Positions 54,001-61,500 of a DNA stretch of 64,000 bases are shown here, piece after piece. A program made the translations under genes and the position numbers. The stretch comes from an uncultured virus (IMG/VR IMGVR_UViG_3300021425_000020). Its lineage: Duplodnaviria; Heunggongvirae; Uroviricota; Caudoviricetes. Numbering within the stretch: position 1 is the stretch's first letter; every line of letters begins with the position of its first letter. The DNA lies in the IMG/VR virus record IMGVR_UViG_3300021425_000020; one strand, given 5' to 3'. The notes below the pieces were generated by a model. It was given only the letters and a program-made list of their open reading frames with translations. It was not told the DNA's origin and did not search any database.

Positions 54001-54308
54001 GGTACTAATCTAATCTTATCCCAAGATTTGACTTTTCTACTTTCTTTATACACATATGGAAATTCGTGAACTTGCACAACATCTGTTGCTCTTGGTTTAA
54101 ACCACCAAGGAAAACTATCATATATTTTGATATTTTTATCAACTAGCCAAACATAGTCACTGTCATAGTTACCATTGTATACAATATCTAAATTGCAATA
54201 GTCGTCTGTTTTTATTACAGGATATCTATCAAAAATTAAATTTTTAAGTTGATCCTGTCCGTTGTGTAATGGTTTAGAAAACCTATCAAATCTGTCTATT
54301 GCTCTCAT
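51003..54308 (-). CDS. tandem-repeat glycosyltransferase-like protein with two C-terminal SCP2-like domains
   Basis: About six degenerate ~100-aa repeats (T.MFW...D...F.F...H...N....GV.L), one intact GT-A unit (MFWVVDGD), then two G...I.GD...A SCP2-like units. Confidence 0.7.
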   Translation of the reverse strand: MRAIDRFDRFSKPLHNGQDQLKNLIFDRYPVIKTDDYCNLDIVYNGNYDSDYVWLVDKNIKIYDSFPWWFKPRATDVVQVHEFPYVYKESRKVKSWDKIRLVPTKRNDNAPKQHIHICGEYDVYKGNQKFDVFYIGSNQNDIDELTVKVPHLQTVDTWHQAQQRSYTDMFWVIWEDVKVRNTFKFSYKPDEWSHDFVHVFGNGDIDTLDGVALFPKHYPITEKELNHRFYVNKKEVRIMASEPKSYERFTIDNFDDYQAALQHSGTDMFWGVPSDIDIVDDTVFDFYISHHQNSLKQKNHVWLNHNKYNGVILFSKQSPVTQKEIEYRFIANRIEHDTVVSKPKPFDKFTINNYDDYITALEKSKTHMFLGIPSDVNVDNTVDIDEYFMLQDELDTGTTHLFLNDKHYDGVVLFSKSNTVSEKEVDHRFYTNKKEHNLKASSPKPYQKFVVNNYADYLNALKESQTEMFWAIPSDVNVCDDFNFDLYFSYHNKFDREINHVFLNGEHYDGVVLLSKKSLVTEKEIDHRFFVNKKEWKQIASYPKPFEKFIISDYEDYIRAREQSKTGMFYLIYNDLDVAEDFEFDFYITHHNQYERKINHVWKNGEYYDGIALTSKSIQLTKHEIDYRFLAVKKEYSEVASITKPYDIVFISNGEINADENYNNLLKKYPNAKRVDKVKGIHQAHIEAAKLVDTKMFWVVDGDAQLLEDFELEHQIAYYDIDGLKTVYVWRSLNPVNNLIYGYGGVKLLPRDLTLNMDVTTADMTTSISKNFKGINRMSNVTAFNTDAFSAWRSGFRECVKLASRAIDRQVDDETTFRLKSWCSRGDDKPFGNETIAGAYEGAKYGIANKNNPNALAKINNFEWLKQQYEKLYPLKEEIDLEFLDKTEEENLLELNPIVSNIFKQIDKKLGKNFNYSKGSVKFIIENVGDIYFDKGGVKISKKYADTEIHVDLKNALKSLQLEVDVLDLYKSGEIIIEGDTDIAQDFFAHLKEYALLKQHNNTINLYCIQLSNFVQNKNFSLSLNILDLGIINIDKNGINEGNKLKKNTITLNLDTFKEILSNELTIIEAATDGLLDIQGDVLQAISLNEDFRSQKMNQLV

Positions 54309-54889
54309 AATGTATAACCTTTTGTTCCTATATGAGCTAGTTGTACGTCTGCATCAACCCATACATCTACGCCATGATGCATTGCTTGATTACAAAAATA
54401 TATATCTTCGCCGCTAAATGTGTCGTTAATTTTATTATATTCGTGTGTAAACCAAGGCTTGGGTAATGTATGAAAAACATCAATATCTATAAGCATACAA
54501 CCCATTCCTACTGCCCACACTTTATGCAATCCTTTTGATGCATCTAGTCGAGAATTTATATCATCAGGATCCATAAATGCGACAGTTTGGTAAGGAGCAT
54601 ACCTTGTGCTGTATTGCCCAGCAACAATATCTTTGTTGTGAGAATACAATTTGTCAAGTATATCAGCAGAAAATTGCATATCGCTATCTAAAAATAAAAT
54701 TTTATCACTGCCAACACTTAACGCTTCTTCTACAAGCCTAGTTCTTGACTCACAGATTACACTGCCAGCAAACAAATGCAATTGAAAATCAATTTGTTTA
54801 CGTGTAAGTCTATTGGTAAGATTTACCAAACTTCTTGTGAATAGCGTGTGTACTTGATCTCTACAAGGCACACAAATGCTTATTTTCAT
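54305..54889 (-). CDS. GT2-like glycosyltransferase
   Basis: Motifs ICVP.RD, LFLDSDM, VGMGCMLI, GED..FC and HIG. Confidence 0.85.
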   Translation of the reverse strand: MKISICVPCRDQVHTLFTRSLVNLTNRLTRKQIDFQLHLFAGSVICESRTRLVEEALSVGSDKILFLDSDMQFSADILDKLYSHNKDIVAGQYSTRYAPYQTVAFMDPDDINSRLDASKGLHKVWAVGMGCMLIDIDVFHTLPKPWFTHEYNKINDTFSGEDIYFCNQAMHHGVDVWVDADVQLAHIGTKGYTL

Positions 54890-55260
54890 AATGTTGTATT
54901 TGGAATAAGTTCTTCGTTTAAGTCTTTTTCAGCATCAATTGTTTTTTGATTTAATTTACGTGCTGTACTGGTTGCAACTTTTACTGCTTCAGAAAAGTCA
55001 TCACCTAATCCTGCCATTGCTAACATATTTTCTGGCTGTACTTTTCCTAGTGTAAGTAGATCTACACCTGCTGCTCTACCTAGTTTTTGGATCCAATGAT
55101 GTCTTTCGTCATCGAGTGGAATATCCAATTCTTCAATTGCTTTTGCAACTTGATCTGCTAGTTTTTCATCTAATCCTAATGTTGCGCCTTTGGCTACTTT
55201 TCTTGCCTTTGTATATTCATCGGCGAGATCAACATTCATTACTTCGTATAATGTTTTCAT
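54886..55260 (-). CDS. hypothetical protein (124 aa)
   Basis: AGGAGA SD; ATGA coupling to the GT2 gene. Confidence 0.8.
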   Translation of the reverse strand: MKTLYEVMNVDLADEYTKARKVAKGATLGLDEKLADQVAKAIEELDIPLDDERHHWIQKLGRAAGVDLLTLGKVQPENMLAMAGLGDDFSEAVKVATSTARKLNQKTIDAEKDLNEELIPNTTL

Positions 55261-55275
55261 AGTTTCTCCTGTTAA

Positions 55276-55446
55276 TTATGGGAAATAGTAACCGCCAAAT
55301 GTACTACTCATTGTAATTGTAGTACCGTTTGAAATACCTAAATATGGACCCAAATCAGCACCAATACTAATACCACTTGACGGACCGCCAAAGTAATTTG
55401 ATATCTGACTCATTGTAATTGTACTACCAGTATTAGGTAAAGCCAT
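55276..55446 (-). CDS. 56-aa Gly/Ser/Thr-rich small virion-like protein (MALPNTGSTITMSQISNYFGG...)
   Basis: Below the ORF-track size. It has an AGGA SD and its own promoter, and follows the tail fibre gene. Confidence 0.7.
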   Translation of the reverse strand: MALPNTGSTITMSQISNYFGGPSSGISIGADLGPYLGISNGTTITMSSTFGGYYFP

Positions 55447-55473
55447 ACTATATTCCTATTTTTTACTCATGCT

Positions 55474-55502
55474 ATAATAACATTATATTTAATTGTTGTC
55501 AA
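55474..55502 (-). promoter_or_regulatory. composite promoter (sigma70-like with TAAATA in the spacer)
   Basis: TTGACA-N17-TATTAT, with TAAATA at 55486-55491. Confidence 0.7.
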
Positions 55503-55503
55503 T

Positions 55504-55529
55504 AAAGATAGCCAAGTAAATTGGCTATC
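55504..55529 (-). terminator. putative terminator after the tail fibre gene
   Basis: GATAGCCAA-TTTAC-TTGGCTATC-TTT on the minus strand. Confidence 0.7.
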
Positions 55530-55537
55530 CTCTGTTT

Positions 55538-58500
55538 TTATTTATCTAGTAGTTTTTTTACCATTGCTTTGAGTTCATCAATCTCTTTTTGTTGTTCTTT
55601 GATTGCTTCAACTAATAAACCCACCATGTGTCCATGTCTAACAGCATAGATACTTTCGTCTTTGCCTATTTCTTTGGTTTCATATACTGCTTCAGGAAGT
55701 ACTTGCATAACTTCTTGAGCCATAACACCTGTAAGTCTATCATCTTTACCGATATAGTTAAATGTATAACCACTTATTTGTTTTACTTTATCAAGTGCAT
55801 TTTCAAGTTTTTCAATATTTTCTTTTTGACGTATATCTGAAACTGTACCGTATGCTGTTATTTCACCTTGTGCTGTAATATTACCGTTTGTTGCAAGTTC
55901 GATGGAATAACTATTTACTAGTTCTTCGTCGCCATTGGTAGGACTACCTACATAGAAAGGATTTCCTCCAGCACTTGAAAGGCTTTGTCCTACCCAAAGT
56001 CTTGCAGCCTGTCCACTTGATCGTACAGAAAAAATAGCACCATTTGTTGGGTTAGTACTAGTCCTAAATGTAATGCCTGCACCATCTGCGTTATCATTGC
56101 TGTTGTTTTCAACGAAAACAGCGCCACGGCCTACATTAAACTGAGTGCCAGTGTTACTTCTCATAAAGGCAGTACTGTCTAAACCGTCCAAAGTGTTTGC
56201 ATCATCAGCACTAATACCTGACAATCCGCTACCATCACCTGTAAATGATGCAGCAGTGATGTTACCAGTAATACTAATAGCACCAGCACCACTTAGTGTA
56301 CCGCTAAAGCTGTCATTTGCATCACTGCGTAGGAAACTACCTGAACTTACGCCATCTAGTGTATCGGCATTTAGTCCACTACCAGGGCCATCGTTACCTG
56401 AATGCCAAACTGTGTAAGTATTTGATCCACTGGTAAATGTAAGGCCACTTGTGCCGCCATCGATATCTACTCTACTATTGCCACCTTCATTTTGAAGTCT
56501 AAGCAAATCGCCACTGTCAAGATATTGTAGGTATGCTCTACGTGTTCCAGATTGATATAAACTTATATACGGTGAACCACTTGCGCTTTGTGTAGCAAGT
56601 CTTAGTTGTTCATTTGCGTTTACGTTACCTGTAATTAACGCTGTATATGTATCTCCTGCATCGCTGCGTAAGAATTGTGTGCTATCAACACCATCTAATG
56701 TTGTAGCATTAACATTTGTCAATCCACTACCATTACCAGTAAATGTGCTTGAACCAATATTAATATTACCAAATCCGCTTGTAATTTCACCTGCACCAAG
56801 AGCACCAGTACCTGTTAAGTTACTGTATGTACCGCTTATACGAGTATTTGGGACTGTACCACTTGCTAAGAAACTTGCATTTAGTGATTGTATGTTACTA
56901 CCATCAGCTGTGTAAATTGCGCCGCCGTAAATGTTTCCAGCAACACCCAATCCTCCGCTTACACGCAATGCACCACTTGTTGTACTTGTAGCACTACTTG
57001 TGTTATTGATAGTTACAATTGCATTTGCATTAAATCCGATAGTACTACCATTATCAGCACTTAATGTGTCTAGTGCAATGTTGGCAACATTTGTAATGTT
57101 ATTATCATTAAAGTTGGTAGCACCCAAACTTGCATTACCTGTGGCACTAATACTGTTTGTACCGATATCAATGCTACCAAAGCCTTGACCAATACTACCA
57201 GCAGTTAATTGTCCAGTTCCTGTTATATCTAATTGGTGCTGTGTAACACTGCTAGACTGTATTCTAGCGTCTGGAACAGTACCAGTAGTAAGTTGTGTAG
57301 CTGACAAGTCTGTCAATCCACTACCATTACCGGAGAATGTGCTAGTTCCAATATTAACATTACCAAATCCAGTGCTGATACTACCAGAATTAAGTATGCC
57401 TGTTCCTGTGATATCAGCTTGGTGTTGCGTGATACTGCTTGATGCAATACGTGCATCTGGAACAGTTCCGCTTGTCAAATCACTTGCACTAGCATCACCA
57501 ATGAAGTTATCTGCACGTACATCTTTTGCTACGTGTAAACCACCTGATATTTTAACTGCTGCATCACCTGTTGCAAAATCACCTGTTGCATTGGTTGTGT
57601 CTGTAAATGTTACAAAGTTGTTTGCACTTAGTGTAGTAAATCCACCAGCAGCAGGCGTAGTTTGTCCAATTGGAACATCGTCGATTGCACCAATAAACAA
57701 GTTACCATCAACTGTGACATCGTTGTTGAATTGTGCATCATGTCTAATAGTGGTTGTACCTGTGGTTTCACCTATAACAATGGCAGTTGCAGCCTGTGCA
57801 AAAGCAACAGTTGTAGCATTATCTTTAAGCAAATTAAATGTACCAGTTTCGTCTGTGTCAATAGTGTTGCCATTTACATTTAAATTACCATCTAATGTTA
57901 CAGTAGCGTTGCGTATGTTAAATGTACCTGTTGTAGCACCTAATCGCAATGTAGTAGCTTCTCCAAATGCATTTACTGTAGTAACGCCTGTGTCAGCAAA
58001 TGTTAATGTGCCTCCACTTACTCCAATTGTGCTTGTTCCGCCAACCTGTAAATTGCCTGTGATACTTAAATCATTGTTCACTGTTGTTGTACCACTGCTT
58101 GCACCTAATCCTAATGTAGTTGCAGCACCAAAGGCATTTACAGTTGTAGCAGTAGTGTTAAACACATTCATTGTGGTGCTGCTGGTTGTTACACTGTTGG
58201 TAAAGTTAGGATTATTATTAAACACAGCTAAACCTGAACCAGTTTCGTCGCTTAGTACTCCTGCAAGTTGAGCACTTGTTGTTGAAGCAAATTGGTTTAG
58301 TCCTGTTTCGGTTCTTGCTAATGTACCACTGGTTGGCAGTGTTACACTTGTGTTACCAGTTGTAGTCAATCCTAGTGTGTGAGCACCACTATGTGTAAAG
58401 TTGCCGCCTAATGTGATAGTCTTGGTACCATTGTTTACACCTGTACCACCGTATGTTGGCGAAATAATTGTACCTTGCCAAATACCTGTACTGATTGTTC

Positions 58501-61500
58501 CTAATGTTTGTAGGCTACTGTTAACAACAGCACCTCCTAGTGTAGTACTGTTAAGAACACTTGCATCATTGATGTAGAACGCTTTACCACTTGCTAAATT
58601 AAAGTCTTCACTGCTATCCCAGCTAGTGTTTGTACTGTCATATGTCAGTGTAGCGTTAGCGCCATCAACTGTGATACCTGCACCATTTGCTGCTGCTGCA
58701 TTTGCTGCGCCGCTTGCTACTACAATGTTTAAATCATCTACAGTTAGTGTTGTACTGTTGATTGTTGTAGTATTTCCGTTTACAGTTAAATCGCCGGTTA
58801 CAACTAAGTCGTGTCCGATAGTAGTTGTACCTCCACCGTCGCCTCCTGTACCCATATTAATGGTTGTAGCTGCTCCAAACGCATTGATAGTTGTAGCATT
58901 TGTGTTTAGAATATTAAACGTTCCTGTGATGTCAGTAGAAAGCACATCGCCTTTTACTCCAAAGTCACCTTCAACATCAAAGTTATTTTTAACAGTTGTT
59001 GTACCACTTGCTGCACCTATATCTATAGTTGTAGCTGCACCGCCAAAGTTAATAGTAGTTGCTGTATCGTCTAATAATGCAACAGTTGTTTCAGTTGTAC
59101 TGATTGTATCGTTTACTTCTACTTCGCCTGTAAATGCTGCTTTACCACTTGTGTCAATACGCAATCTTTCTGTTGCTGTGTGTTGTAAATCGCTTGTAGT
59201 CGATACTTCGCCTGTTTCAACAACAAAGTCGCCGCCCGTTGCGTTACCTGTACCTAGTCCTGCTTTTAATTTCAGTTCTCCGCCACCTACGTCAGTGCCA
59301 ATAGCATTTGTACCATTAACAACTGCATCAGTAGGTGCAGTACTTGCTTCAGCATTACCTATTACAACATTTGCATTTTTGATAATGAAATTACTGTTTA
59401 TTATTAAAGAACCTGCAGGAACATTGACTGGATTTGCAGTAACGTTTGCATCTGTTTGGAATGTAAACGAAGTAGCATTGTCAGTAGCACCAATTACAGG
59501 CCAACTACCGTCTAGATTTGTAATTGTACTACCGTTTACAGTGATTGTATCACCTGTGTTAACACCCAATGTTTTTGGTGTATAAGTAAATGTTAGTGTT
59601 GTGCCGTTTAAAATTGTACCAACTGTATCATTGCTCAGATAAATGTAATCACCAGTAACACCGCTGACTGTTGTGTTAGCAGGAATACTGCCGCTACCTG
59701 TTACAATCATACCTGTTAACACCGAACTTGTATCAGCTAATGGAATTTCATTTAATCCATTATCTGTTACATCATTTGTTGTTGCTGTGATGCTTTTTAA
59801 GTTTGCAACAACATTTTGGCTTGCACTAGCATCATAACCATCTAAGAATGTAAATAAATCTCTAGTGGTGCTTGTGCTACCTATTTGAATATTTGTAGCA
59901 TCTCCTCCAATTTCCAAACTTGTTACATTACTGTTGTAAACACTACCACTACCTGTACTTGCTGATGTAAGAGCAGCCGCACCAACATCCAACCCTTCAG
60001 CCAGATCAAGTGCTGTACCCCATTCGGGTGTTTCGCCATTGGATTTTAAAATAGCGTTGTTTCTACCGATATTTAAAGGGTTTAATGTACCAGTTGTTTC
60101 TGCATACAACAAATCTCCTCTTGCATATGTGGTAATGTTAGTACCACCTCTATTAACTGGAACAGGAGATGTTAAGTTGGCAGGGTTTAAGAAGTAAGCA
60201 CTGTCTAAACTGTCAAGTGTACCTGCATCAACTACACCGTCTTTAATGAATACTTCACCACTAGCGTTTGCGTTGACATCAAATTGACTTTGTAAAAATC
60301 TACTTACGCCCAACGTGCTAAAAGTTCCGCCTGGATCTAAATCAACATTGTTAATGCCTACACTGACTGTGCTATAAAATTCTTGGCTTATACTACTACC
60401 TGTTAGAGTAATTGGATTATCTGTTGTTGGTGCTTTTTTAAGCTTTTGTACAACAACTTCGTATGCACTATCTCCTCTAAGGAAAGTATCGGTGTTAGGA
60501 ACACCTGCCCCTGCTAATCTACTTGGACTAATAATACCACTGATAATATTATCTGCATCGATATTTGTAACAGCAAGTGAATTCCAGTTTGCTTTTAGTC
60601 TACTTGAAGTGTTTACAACTGCACTAATCTGAACATTACTTTGTGTAATTCTTGCACTACCTACACCTATACTGGTTAAATCTTCTGGATTTGTAACTAG
60701 GTCATTGATACTGTTCAATGCATCGCTGCGTAATACGTGTAGAGTAAACGAGTTAGTAGTAACACTTCCTACAAAGAATCTTGATCCATCTACAATCGGC
60801 TCATCACCGTCTAATGTAGGTAATTCGTTGCTAGTACTGCCGTCAGACAATGTGTTAATTCTAATAGCATCGCCTGTAGTTAATCCATGACTTTCCAAAA
60901 CTATACTATCATCATCAACATTAATTGTTTTTCTTGTTAAATTATGATTATTATTTGCAGGTGTACTTGTAAATTCTACTTGGTTAAGTAGTGCAAAACC
61001 TTCATACAATTCAATGGTGTTGTCGTCAATACGTTTTACATAAACAACCTGACCGTTTAGCAATCCGCCAATTGGCGTATTACCTAGTGTATCATAAGTA
61101 ACTGGATCACCGTTGGTGTAACCGTGGTTGCTTATTGTAATTCTATTATCTGTGTAATCAACAGCACCGCCTGCACCATCACTACCTGCTAAGAAGTTGT
61201 GACTTATTTGGTCGTCTAAGTTAATATCTCTTGCATTTTGTACTGCACTGTTGTCTTCGATAAAGTCAACACTAGAAGCACTTGCAACAAATAGTTCTCC
61301 ACCTAAAATATCAACATATACACGTTTTTCAAAACTTGTAACTTCAATTTCAAACCCACTACCTGTGCCACCAATTGTACTTGCTGCTGCACTTAACAAA
61401 TCGCCATTGGCATATCCAGTCCCGCCTGTTTTTATATCAACATCTGTAACTTGACCTGCTGTAACTGTAATATCGGCCGTTGCACCACTGCCACTGCCTG

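Noticed and set aside
57339..59585. 310-aa and 319-aa plus-strand ORFs
   Set aside because: They are antisense shadows caused by the codon bias of the Thr/Gly/Ala-rich fibre gene.
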